Origin: Phoronis australis
Lineage: Eukaryota; Animalia; Phoronida
Assembly (NCBI GenBank): GCA_002633005.1
Contig: NMRA01000542.1
Coordinates: forward strand, 62,001-126,000
DNA: 64,000 nucleotides
Direction of reading: 5' to 3'
The notes under the pieces were generated by a model, which saw nothing but the letters and a program-made list of their open reading frames with translations, had not been told where the DNA came from and searched no databases. The stretch's first letter is position 1. Each line of letters opens with the position of its first letter. Below, piece by piece: positions 1 through 12,093 of this stretch. A program made the translations under genes and the position numbers.

Positions 1-108
1 TGTCAGACCCAGACCACGGCGACCTCTCTGTTTAGATGCCTCAACAATTTCTGCTCTACCTTGGCCATATTTACCAAGACCTTTTCCTTTTTCATAACCC
101 ATTTTTTG
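1..108 (-). CDS. CMTR1: CMTR1 coding exon 3 (G-patch domain), truncated by window edge
   Basis: Minus strand reads [36 protein letters not shown] after a tttgtag acceptor (AG = plus ct 109-110); closely matches the recalled CMTR1 G-patch ([35 protein letters not shown]). Confidence 0.9.
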
Positions 109-424
109 CTACAAAGCAATGAATACAACTGATACCATGAACATAATCTCAAATTTCTTTACATCAACCAAATCCATACCTGCATGAATTTTTGTTTAAC
201 ATGACTGTGTTACAGTGGTCTTCCTAATAATATAGTCCGATGTAGGATATTGTATTTAAAAAAAGGCTAAAGCCATTATGATTGACCTGATTTTAAAACA
301 ACAATACAATGAGCATAGCTTGTCAATGTCTATTAGTGAGGTACAAAATTTTGAAACAGAATTGTGAGCATTACTTGACACTGAAGACGGCTGTGCTCTA
401 TACAGCAATCCTACTTTTAGTATA

Positions 425-495
425 ATACAATACCATACAATATCATTCAATATCATACAATATCATACAATATCATACAATATCATACAATACCA
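425..495. repeat. 10-bp (TACAATATCA)n simple tandem repeat in CMTR1 intron
   Basis: About seven near-identical copies visible directly. Confidence 0.9.
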
Positions 496-679
496 ACCTT
501 AGCAAATGCTAAATATGTTTTACTGAGCTCATTTTTGTATTTTTGTATTCATTTACATATGGTAACCTACATTATTTATACTATGCAAATACACTTAAAC
601 ATGGAATGTAAACTATTATCATCAGAAGCTGTCATGTCATCAAAAGCTCTAAATAGTTTGCAATAAAACTAGAGTATAC

Positions 680-855
680 CATCATCTTATTTGCAAAGCT
701 GCTGTACAGACTGGCAGATGCATCTTGTGCTGTGCCTGTCTTGGCTTTTTTCGAAGGGGGCTGCCCTCCACCACCAAATCCTGGGTGATAGCTAGCATCA
801 CTCCCACCATCCTTTGGGTCCAAGTCATTTTCTTCTGAATCTACTTGGTCTGAAT
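680..855 (-). CDS. CMTR1: CMTR1 coding exon 2 (acidic linker, PPSKKAK basic patch, start of G-patch)
   Basis: tttcag acceptor and ATG|gtatac donor; ends SLYSSFANKMM, joining in frame to QKMGY (cf. CMTR1 SMYNSVSQKLMAKMGF); splice phases agree with both neighbours. Confidence 0.85.
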
Positions 856-1724
856 CTGAAATCAATGGGAAATATTCTACATAATATATTACATATTACA
901 CAAAAGGATCTTTTGCTTGACCACATTTTTAATTATGGTGTACAAGACGGGGCAAGTTGACAGGGACAAAACACAACTTGTTTCATTCAAGGACATTTTA
1001 AGACATTCGTGTGAATTGTTTGAATATCACACCACACAATTCCACGATTGCAAAAAATATGAACAGCTGGAAAACATGTCATTGTATTAAACCCCTGCCT
1101 TTCATCAGAAAAACAACTTTTAATTTAGTTTCATTATGTAATTGGGTCTCAAAGTGTTCCTTAGTCAAATTAGAAGTGACTTCAGGGCTTCAAAAGAGAT
1201 AGTAGTTCGTTATTGCTTGATACACGGCTCCAAAAGTTGGCTTATCGTGGCACATCACTTTAGTAGGAGAAGAGCGAGGCATTCCGTAGCAGTAAGTGGT
1301 GTAAATCAAAACTTCAGTTCTTGGACAAACGAGGGTTTATTACCGATTTAATGAATGAGCAGCTACTTTGTTGTGGTATCAGATCTGGTTGGTTTTCAAA
1401 TTTGAGATGACAATGTCATATTTACCCTATGACAGTGTCATAAACATCAAAGCTATGACATTCAAGCCAAATAATCATTTACAGGGGAAGGGGGGGAGGT
1501 TCAGAGTTTGAGATCCAGATTGCTCCACTTAACAACGGGCATAAACTGGTTGTACATTTAATATCCGGAACTCCTGCATTGTAGCGTACATGGTAGAGTA
1601 TATGATGGTAAGTGCTTCAGGGTTCAGGTCAAATTCAAGTCGACAGCAATCAATGAGGTCATGCTTCAGTAGATTTTGAACACTGGTGAATATAGTCAGG
1701 AATAAATGCTATTTATAAACCAAC

Positions 1725-1761
1725 CACTGTCTGATAACCCTTGAGATTCAAATCGCTTCAT
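1725..1761 (-). CDS. CMTR1: CMTR1 putative first coding exon (MKRFESQGLSDS)
   Basis: ATG at 1761; 37 nt ending G|gttggt; the phase-1 G plus AT of exon 2 gives GAT (Asp); vertebrate CMTR1 also begins MKR. Confidence 0.7.
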
Positions 1762-1890
1762 TTTTTTAGATGAAAACACGTGAATATGAGCGGTTATGTC
1801 ATTTCTTAGAAAACGCAAGTCGCGCGGGTCCGTCAGCTGTGTGGTCCCGAAATGACAACATAGTTCAGCGACGTCTACCGGCAAGTAAAT
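1762..1890. promoter_or_regulatory. Candidate compact bidirectional promoter, possibly with a non-coding first exon of MTFMT
   Basis: Local CpG cluster (gtcgcgcgggtccgtc) just upstream of the CMTR1 ATG; plus-strand donor-like caa|gtaaat at 1884/1885; strong acceptor (tgttgtttcag, ends 3831) just before the MTFMT ATG implies an upstream non-coding exon. Confidence 0.45.
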
Positions 1891-3655
1891 GTTTTAACAA
1901 AAGAAGCAATTTGATATAAATCTTTTTAATAGTGTATTAAATCTTCGAACTTCGTCCACATTCATCAAACCTCAGTTTACTGATGCATTGCGTATTGAAT
2001 CCAGGTGCATTTGTGTTTGCTGCGTCAGTAGCCGTAAACACTTTGCGGCAGTCGTAAAACCGGCATTGCACTTGGAATGACTTCGTAGAGCAGAGACCGT
2101 CTTTCCTTAGAGTTAGATGCAGTACAAGGTGTAAGCTGGCGAGCAAGCCTAGTTGCATGTGTAAATGCTTATTTACAGAAGGGTTAGACTATGTGTCTCG
2201 TTGCAAAGAGTGGTGAGAACAGACTTCTGAGCCATAGACTTCACACTGTGACTGTGTAAAACACCACGTAATGCTGTAATGGCTGTGTACGACTGAACAT
2301 CAGCCTGAGAACACAGGGTCAGGACAGCAAATGAATGCTGTGGATAACCCGGCCCTTGTATCATCTTCTCTAAACATTCATAATTAAAGAATAAATCCAT
2401 AAGATCGCTAAACGTTGCATTTTAATAATTCAGTGAAATAAAAGACATGCTCATAGTCATATACAAACTAGAAAGTAGCCCAGCTGCATTAAACAAAATA
2501 TGGACTGATTATATTCCTAGACTCAGGCTAGACTTTTGAAGTTTTTTGCCAAAATGACTTAAGCATCTGAAAACTATCAGCAAAACTTGCTCAGATATTT
2601 GGTTTGCTGGTAGGAAGTACCAAAAAGGTACAATGTAAAACCAGTTCTGATAATTTGTTGTGTCATGACTCATGTATGTAACCTTGTTCAAGAAGTTGAT
2701 TGAAGGATTGGCAAAAAAGAAATCGACCTATAACTATTTCATGACGCCGAAAGCTGACTCATATTGATACACAAATTTAACAGTGGTGCGAACAATTTTC
2801 TTGACTAGCTACCGCAACTAATTTCAGAAAGAGCATTATAGTTTTCAGTGACATTAATTTTGTGTCAGATTTTATTCTACAATAGCCATTTTTTACTCTC
2901 ATTATCCAAAGCTTTTGTTAATATAAACAGCTTTTCACCAAAGATATTCTGTCAGATAAAATTCTTCAACATGATTCACTACATGTTTATCTGGGTATGG
3001 ACTTCTGTGATATATTTATGGAAGTCTGTGTTGGTGCATTCCACGGTATTGGCTTTTTTTACAGATGTGACATTCAGAGACTTTAAATTCCAATATAAAA
3101 TTAGTGAAGCATCACAGTTGTAAGAAATTCTAAGTAAACCTATTTGATGGAAGTACTTCAGGTATAAAAAGTTTTTAATTCTGCACATTGTAACGGTGTC
3201 AGTACTAAAATTTACTTTTAATTAGTGTTACCAATGTGACCGAAAATGCCATGGTCAATATGCTAATGGTGGTTTGTCTAAAAATTCTGTTCTGTCTTTC
3301 ATATTATGGAACTAGTTTCCCTATAGATAATTTAACTACTTGTTTGGCTATAACATGAAGAAAAGATTTTTGAACTAAAATCAAGTCTTTGTATAACGAT
3401 GAGCAATTTAAAAAAAAAATGTAGTTTAAGAAATCAAAAAAGCATCCATTTTTGGGAAGAGATAAATACAAAGTGTGTAAAATAAGAGATAATTACTTAC
3501 TAGTAATTATTCTGAATATTGTGAGCTGAAGTGTGTTTCAAGTTAGCTAGCTAATGGTGAGGGGAGAAGACAGTTTCTCTTCTCTGTGAATGCTTTGTCT
3601 TATAAACTGGTTTTAATCTCACCACATACATGATGCTGGCTAATAGTTAGATACA

Positions 3656-3751
3656 TGGGTCCCTGATTTGAGAACCAGCTACTCCCCTGAACAACGCTGG
3701 TTATTCTGTGACAGTAAGTAGTTCTCAAATCAATTTTAAATCATGGACCCA
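3656..3751. repeat. Small imperfect inverted repeat (MITE-like relic)
   Basis: tgggtcc..tgatttgagaac..ctact faces agtagttctcaaatca..ggaccca. Confidence 0.4.
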
Positions 3752-3850
3752 CCTATTACCCAGTGCTGACTTGCAAAAGATGTCTGTTTTCCTTGTGTTA
3801 GTATTTTCCAATCACTTCTTTGTTGTTTCAGAAAATGATACCATAACAAT

Positions 3851-4336
3851 ATGTTAAGGTCAAGTCAGCTTCATAGACTGTCAACATTCCAGTCAGTGTC
3901 CTGGAAGACGGGGGTAACTGGCACTACAAATGAAGTAGCCTTCAGATTACCAGTCACTATTGGATTGTCAAACTTCTTCAGCTGTGGTGCCGCCGGACCA
4001 ACCAAATCAGTTTTACCCATCAGCAAACTTGTGTGCTTTTTTTGTGTTCAGTCAAGACTGTGTTCCTATTCTGTGTCGACAAGGAACACCTATGTAGCAC
4101 TTTCTCAACACTATGCGCGCTTCATTTCCAAACGGCATTGCAGTCGATGTACTTTCATTGACCGGACTGTCCCACCAGGCTTTCGGAGTCACCCTCCTTG
4201 GCGAGTGCTATTCTTTGGCTCTGATGAGTTCTCAGTACGACACTTAGATGCCTTGGTGCAAACTGGATTGTCCTCTGAGAGTAATAGACTGATAGACACT
4301 CTAGAGGTGGTTACTAATAGTGTGAACCACAGGAAG
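3851..4336 (+). CDS. MTFMT: MTFMT coding exon 1 (long presequence plus start of formyltransferase domain)
   Basis: PPWRVLFFGSDEFS and LIDTLEVVT match recalled MTFMT (PPWRVLFFGTDQFA, LIDKLEVVT); donor AAG|gtaatg; 162 codons. Confidence 0.92.
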
Positions 4337-4783
4337 GTAATGTTTTTTACTTGTTTGCTGCTCAGTGAACACCATAAAGAATTTGCATTCAGTGCCTTTT
4401 TCTGGTCACCTGTCAACAGTGACGTTGGTAGAAACTGAATTTATTTGTTTCTATGTTTTTTCGTCATAGTTTAAATTTACTCAGAATATCTAAAAGTTAA
4501 GTTTTTGATGGAGTATGATAACCAGGGACAGATTATTATAACATTTCAGGGAAATCAGAAGTACTGTTACGTGTATTGCTATCATGCAGTGTATGTCAAT
4601 AAGTAACGTTGCATTTTTTTTTCTGTGGTAGAACTTCAATTTTTCATACCGTCAGTGCGCTGTTATGTCTGCCATGTTCCTTCTGTTGTCAGCTTAAATA
4701 GAGCTCAGTGATGCTGTACACCCTGTTGCAGGTAGTAGTCTGATACCCATATTTTGAGACTATTATTCTGTTGTAATTTTCAG

Positions 4784-4932
4784 CCACCGTCAACTGTTCA
4801 TGAATACGCTGTGACTAAAGGTCTCACTATTCACCACTGGCCTCTTCATCCAGTGCACAATAAGTACGATGTAGGCGTTGTTGCTTCCTTCGGTCACCTC
4901 ATCCCTGCTGATGTCATCCACATGTTTCCCTA
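4784..4932 (+). CDS. MTFMT: MTFMT coding exon 2
   Basis: ttttcag acceptor; PPSTVHEYAV...HHWP...YDVGVVASFGHLIPADVIHMFP; donor TA|gtgagt. Confidence 0.95.
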
Positions 4933-5502
4933 GTGAGTATCGCTGTCTATTTCCCAGTAAGTAAAGATAACCATTGTTAATGTGCGGTAGGACTTTATCA
5001 GTCATTTCTGAGGCATGGCGTTTCAAAATTAGCCAAATTTGGGCTATTTCCAAGGGTCCTACATAACCCGTCCCCAGTTGCCAACCTTTAGCAGTAAGTG
5101 TTCAAATTTTGAAGTTAATGTTTTCAGCATTGGATTGTGATTCAAAATAATTTGTCAGGTGGCGTGGAAAAGCTCTGTTGATACTAAGGTAACTAGTTGA
5201 GCTTGCGTTGCCTACCTCGTCATTTTCAGGTGCTCAGTTTTGAATGAAGGAACTTATGGTGAAGTCCCTCTTGAAAATACAGGCATAAAGTATTGTGTGC
5301 ATTGTTAGTTTAACTTATGGTTATTGTTGCTTACCATGTACACATGCATCCTATTAGAGAGAGTGAGTTTGGGAAAACTAATTTCAGAACTCAAGGTTTT
5401 ACTTTATTATTGAAAGTAAAAAAATCAAAAGAATTGTAATACTTGGAACTCCCATCACCAATCCCTAAAATGTTAAAACTTAGTTATTTGATTTCATTCT
5501 AG

Positions 5503-5625
5503 TGGCATTCTTAACGTTCATCCCAGTCTGCTCCCTAGGTGGCGTGGTGCATCACCCATCACGCACACGGTGCTAAATGGAGATGAGATCACGGGTGTTT
5601 CCATAATGGAAATCAGGCCCAAAAG
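5503..5625 (+). CDS. MTFMT: MTFMT coding exon 3 (catalytic [12 protein letters not shown] motif)
   Basis: [40 protein letters not shown] is the diagnostic formyltransferase motif; AG/GT boundaries in phase. Confidence 0.97.
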
Positions 5626-6073
5626 GTACGTAACAAAACATGTCACTTTGGTGGTTAATTCTGTGAACCCTACCTGAGTTATCTAATGATGACATGTCAC
5701 ACAAGCGTGTCAGTGCATTAACTGTACATTTACTTGTCACTAATCAAAGTCTGTGGATATATCTGTGTTGTTGACGAATTAATGTATCTCTTTAAATGTC
5801 AGCAGATTTTAGCTTTTCTCAGTAATTGAAGATTCTTTCTTTTGTAGACTGTGCTTTGTGACAATTCTTGAATTGTGACAGCTTGTGCAGCAGAAATTGT
5901 GGTAGTGTAATCAAAGTGTAGTGAGTGTTTGTAAAGTTCACATGACACTCAACTGGGAATAACAAAATGTCTAATCTCCAGTGATAACTTAGGCAATGTT
6001 CTGTTAAACAAGAACGCCTATCTAATTATTGTTAGTTTGGAGCAAGATGTATACACCAATATTGAGGGGAAGC

Positions 6074-6332
6074 TGTGTCTAATGCATGTGTGCAGGGTAT
6101 ACCTACTGACTCCGCACAGGCAAATGTGTCTAATGCATGTGTGCAGGGTATACCTACTGACTCCGCACAGGCAAATGTGTCTAATGCATGTGTGCAGGGT
6201 ATACCTACTGACTCCGCACAGGCAAATGTGTCTAATGGATCTGTGCAGGGTATACCTACTGGCTCCACACAGGCAAATGTGTCTAATGGATATGTGCAGG
6301 GTATACCTACTGACTCCGCACAGGCAAATGTG
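6074..6332. repeat. 51-bp minisatellite, five copies, in MTFMT intron
   Basis: Unit tgtgtctaatgcatgtgtgcagggtatacctactgactccgcacaggcaaa; explains the three repetitive ORFs at 6032-6446. Confidence 0.95.
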
Positions 6333-7197
6333 CCTCAGGTGGCGACATCCTCAAAACCGGCCTCGGGTTCCTGCCAAAATGTTATTCAACACGTGTTGAA
6401 TATTTATATGGGTTGTTCAACTGTTGTATTGGCCATGTCAGTCTGATAAATAAATGTAGTATAAAAATATTCATGACATCTTATGAAAGTATATTTTCTT
6501 CCACTTTGCAGTTGATCTGGAAGTTTCTTACATATTTTGTATCAGTGACTGACATTTTTTCTTGTTTGTTCTCTGTTTGTGGTTGATGTGAATTGACCTA
6601 TCGCAAGGTCCAGAAAACTACAAGACAGTGTTCATGGTACAAAACTGGCGGAGCATTGTTGTTTTTGCATTTTCACGCTTCCTGATTAGCTGAACTACTT
6701 GACTTGATTGATATGTCTCAGCTATTGCGATAGTTTGTGTTCTTACTAACTGTAAAGACCACAAATCGTTGCAAGTAACAAAAAGTATGACAGTTTGAGC
6801 TTCGAAGGTTTCCTCAAACTGTCACCAATTTGAGGATTTCAACAGTTTTGCTGTGTGGATGGTTTGTGTTAGTGGTTTTACAGTGCCTGTTATCCAATAT
6901 AGCTGAGACTTACTGAATTCTTGTTGAACACTGTCACTGATGGTGCCATTATGGAATAACTTGCCATTCCTCAGCAACAACGCTTCTCAGCTTTCACACT
7001 GAAATTAGTGAATGTGAACCCTCAGTTCACCCACCGACTCCGGCTGAGCCTGGGGCTGGGAGACAATTTAACTCATACTTCTCACTCGGTATTTTTTTCA
7101 TTTTAATTAACTTGTATTTCCCAGGCAAAATTTGTAAATACCACACGACTGCAACAACTGTAGTCCATGTCTGAATATTAAACTGTTCGTCTTACAG

Positions 7198-7300
7198 GTT
7201 TGATATCGGACCTCTGCTCATGAGCCAAAGGTTTTATGTCCCACCAAGAGTGACAACAAATCAGCTTGCCAGTATCCTTGCCAGTCTAGGTGCCCACATG
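7198..7300 (+). CDS. MTFMT: MTFMT coding exon 4
   Basis: (R)FDIGPLLMSQRFYVPPRVTTNQLASILASLGAHM, cf. RFDVGPILKQE; cttacag acceptor, gtaaat donor. Confidence 0.93.
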
Positions 7301-7551
7301 GTAAATCTGATGTTCTGTATTCTCAATTGGCTATTATAACACGATTGTTGCTCTCATGAAGACACCTTTTCTTAGTTCAATAAATGACATCCTAGAGTCC
7401 AAAATTTGATGGAAGGTAAAGTTGCAGCTAGCGTTTACTAGTTTCTGATTCAGAAATCGCAATGAACGTTCATTTGAATATTATTTGTTGTGTTCTGTAA
7501 ATCATTGTACATTATATTCGAATATGACCTTATATTCAGGATCATTTGTTC

Positions 7552-8300
7552 TTAAGTGGCGTAAAACATGAAAACAGACTAAATTGCAAAATTCAAGGTG
7601 GTTCTCTACCACTGACACAAAAATCAAACTGTTCACCAGGTATTTTTATGGTTTGTTTGTAAAGATTTTGGATTACTGCTCATGTCAAAGCATTTTTCCT
7701 TTAGTTTCAAACTTCGTCAGGTGCTCGTCACTTCGTCGATTTTTCTCCCACAAGGCAAAGCACTTCATCTCCTTATTTGGTATGGCAAGACATAAATGTA
7801 TCACATTTCCCTTACATGGAAAATGTGACCTCTGACATGGGATGTAAGATTTCAAGCAGTAGCCAGTCCAACTTCGTTGAGCGCATGTGCGCATATATAA
7901 TATTAGGGGTGGAGAATTTGAAAACTACAGGATTGAACTAGTTTATATTTCGTCTGTTTTTCAAAAATAGTGAATGTGGCAATTTTTTATAGAAATAAAG
8001 TGAATAATTCTCATGTTAGCATCTCCAAGAAGTAGATTCACCATGATCTGTTTAAAAGGTATTTTTATGAGTTTCATGCTTCTTTAAATGCTCTCACAAA
8101 ATGCATTATTTTGCCTAAAAGACGATGACATTCTATACAAGGTTTTATGGTGTAAAAGTTTGGTGCTTAAAACAGCTCTGTAGAAATCTTGTATCAAACA
8201 ATGTTCACTTAATAATCATGGGTCCTACATTTTGAAGATCAGTTTGATGCCTGTTTTTTCAGTGGAGAAACCTGGTTCTCGAAATGCAAGGCCCCTTTAA
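7552..8300. mobile_element. Old non-autonomous DNA transposon (TTAA-bounded, possibly Kolobok-type) in MTFMT intron
   Basis: Subterminal inverted similarity ggttctctaccactgacacaaaaatcaaactg vs cagtttgatgcctgttttttcagtggagaaacc; TTAA at 7552-7555 and 8297-8300; extreme termini match poorly. Confidence 0.4.
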
Positions 8301-8369
8301 GTGACTACAACAAATAACAAAAATATATCATTTCTGTTGACAAGCTACCGTTTGTGTTAAATTTTACAG

Positions 8370-8445
8370 CTTCTGCATACACTTGAAAACTTGCCTTGGC
8401 TGGAAATAGCTGAAAAAGAACAGGCAAAAACGGGCATTACCTACG
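8370..8445 (+). CDS. MTFMT: MTFMT coding exon 5
   Basis: LLHTLENLPWLEIAEKEQAKTGITY; ttttacag acceptor, G|gtatgt donor; Q..xG.TYA motif continues into next exon. Confidence 0.92.
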
Positions 8446-9785
8446 GTATGTTAGCTAGAGGAGTAACGACATTCTCATGGTACTAATAGGTGAATTGTTG
8501 AAATATCATGATACAAAGCAAATTTATTTATCGTTGATGTCTTGTAATCTTAGTGTAGATGAGCTTATAAAATTTTTGATGCTTAGTAGACGAACAACAC
8601 ACAACAGTGGTTGAAAACGTGAGAGTTCTGTGTGTTTATAATATCAGGCCCACTCCCTCAAACTCTGGATATATTTGTCAGTTCTGTGGAGAAGAACAGC
8701 AGAGCAGATCACTGACATAACAAAAATATACAAAATGATGCCTTAAGACTGTCATGTTGAATCTTTGTGCAGATATGAATGAGCAAGGGAAACACTTGTA
8801 CATCTTATCAAAAGTTCAAAAACACAATTATGACTAAGTATGTAATATGTAATACCTGTGGCAAGAGGAGCTGCACTAGGGGCTGAAATGTTGACTACTT
8901 GGATCATGAATTGAGTTGTAGTTTTCATTTTCAACTTTTTCCTGATGAGTCATCATGCGGTGCTGTCCTGTGTGCAGCTCCTCTAACACAGGTTTTTGGC
9001 CAGCAATGACTGAAGGCTCTAACAACTTCAGCAAAGTATGCATTTCATTCTTAATATATCAAGTAGCGATACTGTGTCCTTTCTAATATTTTTCCGACCT
9101 TGTGTGTAGAAAGTGTAAAGGTACAGCTGAAGAAAATGCAAAATTATGGAGTGCATCCCCCAGTCAACTAATTTTGATTTGTTTTTGATGTGCATTTTCT
9201 CCAAAATGTTTAAAGCCTTAGTGCCATATGACAGGCAGGGATATTCCTGACCAGGTTTGAGCCTGTGACCTTTGGGCACACCTGATGATAAAAAGTGTGC
9301 CTTTCTCAAAACGTTGTGCCCAGCAGACTTAGTATAATTAAAGCGGTAACATGAAACAGAAACCCCAAGGGCAATCCAAATAAGAAAAGTCATGTTCATG
9401 TAAAAGTTGCATTTTATTTAAAAATTCTATACCGAAAGGCAATCTGACAAAGACTTCAAAATAGACTGTTCAGATGTGGTGGAATAAGAACACACTGGCT
9501 GTAAGTTGACTAGAATCTTGCATTTTTGGAAGAGTGTTGCGTTTTGAAGGATGTGCCTAGGGGCGCACTGCTGAAATTTTCTTAATGTGCCTTTTTGTTT
9601 TGTTTTTTCATTTATGTTTTTATGCGCTAATCTGCTTGATAACAACATTGACCTCTGATCATTATGGGCGGCACTCCAACTGTTGAAAAATGTTGTAATG
9701 CCAACGTGTTAAAGCATAGACTCATGCTTTGGATCATTTGTGGATATTGTGGCTATGTATTTGACAGATGTGTTGTGCTTTTCAG

Positions 9786-9877
9786 CTCATAAGGTCCTGC
9801 CCGTCATGGCCAACATTGACTGGAACAATCAGACATGCTTTAACATAGACTGCCAATACAGAGCCCTTTGTGAGACG
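9786..9877 (+). CDS. MTFMT: MTFMT coding exon 6
   Basis: (A)HKVLPVMANIDWNNQTCFNIDCQYRALCET; ttttcag acceptor, gtaagt donor; A.K....IxW..YRA pattern of the C-terminal domain. Confidence 0.92.
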
Positions 9878-10277
9878 GTAAGTAGGCTTTACACTGTGGT
9901 GGCAAGTACAAGCTGTTTCATGTAGCAAATTATCTGTTGATGGCATCCCGAACGGTCATTGAATCGTATTACATTTCAGTGTGGTAATTTAATTGTCAGG
10001 TTTTAAAAGATTACCCATAAGTAATGCTCATTGTTACGCTGCTTAGTTGGTGAAATGATGGGGGGATGTCGAGTCTGGAAATTTTGGTTAATCAGTATCA
10101 ATTACAGTTCTCTTGGCTCGAGCATTTCCAGTTACCATATGATGTTCAATAATGTATTGGTAGGTAACCATGAGGCCACAGGACAACTTTCCACCCTCAT
10201 TATGTGCTATTACTATAGGAACTGTCTTTTTATTGGGTAGTTGAGACTATGTGTATTACTGGGTCCATTCAAGTGGT

Positions 10278-10569
10278 AAAATATTGAGTAAAGATCCCTT
10301 TTGGAACCAATAAGCCATATCTTGATGTGGAAAGTGTCGGTACAGCCCTTTTGTTCATATCTCACAGACTTGATTCATCACCGGATGAGCCCTCTGTAAT
10401 AGAATAAAAAAATAAAAATATGAAAATCCCTGGTACCATTTCTATTGTTTTACTCAGAGGGCGCACCTGGTGGTGAATCAAGTCTGTGAAATATGAACGA
10501 AACAGCTGTACACTTTTCACATCAAGGTACAGTTCTTTGGTTCCAAAAGGGATCTGTATTCAATATTTT
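10278..10569. mobile_element. Foldback/MITE with ~120-bp inverted arms in MTFMT intron
   Basis: Left arm aaaatattgagtaaagatcccttttggaaccaa...cacagacttgattcatcacc...gccctctg (10278-10396) is the imperfect reverse complement of cagagggc...ggtgaatcaagtctgtg...ttggttccaaaagggatct..ttcaatatttt (10455-10569). Confidence 0.85.
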
Positions 10570-11323
10570 TATTTGGTAGTTAGTGGGAGACATTTTTTAT
10601 TGCTTTATAGCGAGTGATTTATACACAAAGACTAAACATAATCATCATTTTCATGCCAACTCTTAATCACTTATAACATGACTTAGTGATTTCAAAGTGA
10701 AATATCTGTCATCACTGTCACTCTTTATGATCAATAATGCTTACACTTACTATCTTATTATAATTGACCTATTACCAGGATTTTGAATGACAGCTTAACT
10801 GACCTATCAGAACGCAGTATCCTTGACACACCTTTGTTTCCAAGCCTCCATTTTACCCAACAAACTACACAAAACTCTGTTTGTTTGTCGTCTTTTCGCA
10901 AGGGGACGGAGCTTGCGATAGGTCAACTGTCAAAGCACAGTTAGTGCATTCAAAATTTGTTCTTCATTTTGTTGTTGTAAATTTGTGTTTTTGTCTAGTC
11001 TTTGAGAACTAAGTTGAAATTGATGCAGGCTGGATTGTATGTAGAGAGTCTTTATTACTGTTCTGTAAAGATTCTACTGTAGAGATTCAATTGTTTTCAT
11101 CATAAAGTTTGTGTATTCTAGAAATCTTGCACAGATTTCAGATTCAATCCACTACTGCAGTAGGATATCTAGATGGAAAAACACAAAGTCATGTTTAATG
11201 CTTCTTTCCATTTAGACTTTATATTTTCTGAAGTATCCTGTATCATATGGCCAAAGTACAGGTTTGCAACAAATGGTAGTGTCTAAGAGGAATAATTTTC
11301 GTTATATGTTTTCTTGTTGACAG

Positions 11324-11503
11324 ATGCGACTGCGGAGCGAGTACAATGGGCAAACAGTTCACTTGCTTGACATGGTTAGTGCGGACTCAATGGACTCGTT
11401 GCTGGTTAAAGAGTTATACACAAAGTATCCAGTTGTTCACAGAGTGCCAAATGGCTTACCACATTACTCTAAGACTCACAAACTTCTGTGTATTAAATGC
11501 AAG
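11324..11503 (+). CDS. MTFMT: MTFMT coding exon 7
   Basis: MRLRSEYNGQTVHLLDMV...PNGLPHYSKTHKLLCIKCK; gacag acceptor, AAG|gtacat donor, phase 0 at both ends. Confidence 0.9.
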
Positions 11504-12093
11504 GTACATTAATACTGAGTTATTCACTGTGTAACAAATTATTTATGGAGTTCTCAGTAGCTAAGCCCACTATTCCAATAGTCACAAACTATTGTGTATT
11601 TAATTGATCAGAAATGCACTGTACTTGTGATGAAATTTGTAGCTGAAAAATTGCAAGCTGACAACCATAGAAAGGCTTCAACATCGTTCTTTATGTGTGT
11701 TGGCTGTATGTTGTGCAAAGGGAAATTTTCCAGCTTGTGCCTGCAACGTAGTTTTAAAATTTGTATTCTTACACAGACTGAAAATCAGAAAAATTGGAAT
11801 GAAATTCTGTGGGAGTTTACCCTGAAACCCGATGAGGAAGTTACTCCTGACAAATGTGAGCTTTTGAGACCCTGTTTGTTAAAGGTGCCATGCCCATCTG
11901 ATGTGGTCTTTATAAGCTGAAATCACTGTAACTGATGACCAATTTCATGAACCACTTAAATGAACTGTGTGCTGGTAAACTTGTGAGGTATGATTTCCTT
12001 AGTTACAATCAGACTTTCAATAAAGTGATCTGCATAAGAACTGACATTGCCCTTTTTCACATTAATGCGTCAAAATGAATGAAGCAATATGTG

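Noticed and set aside
1-865. TFIP11 or another G-patch protein
   Set aside because: [16 protein letters not shown], the preceding LYSSFANKMM and the MKR start fit CMTR1 specifically.
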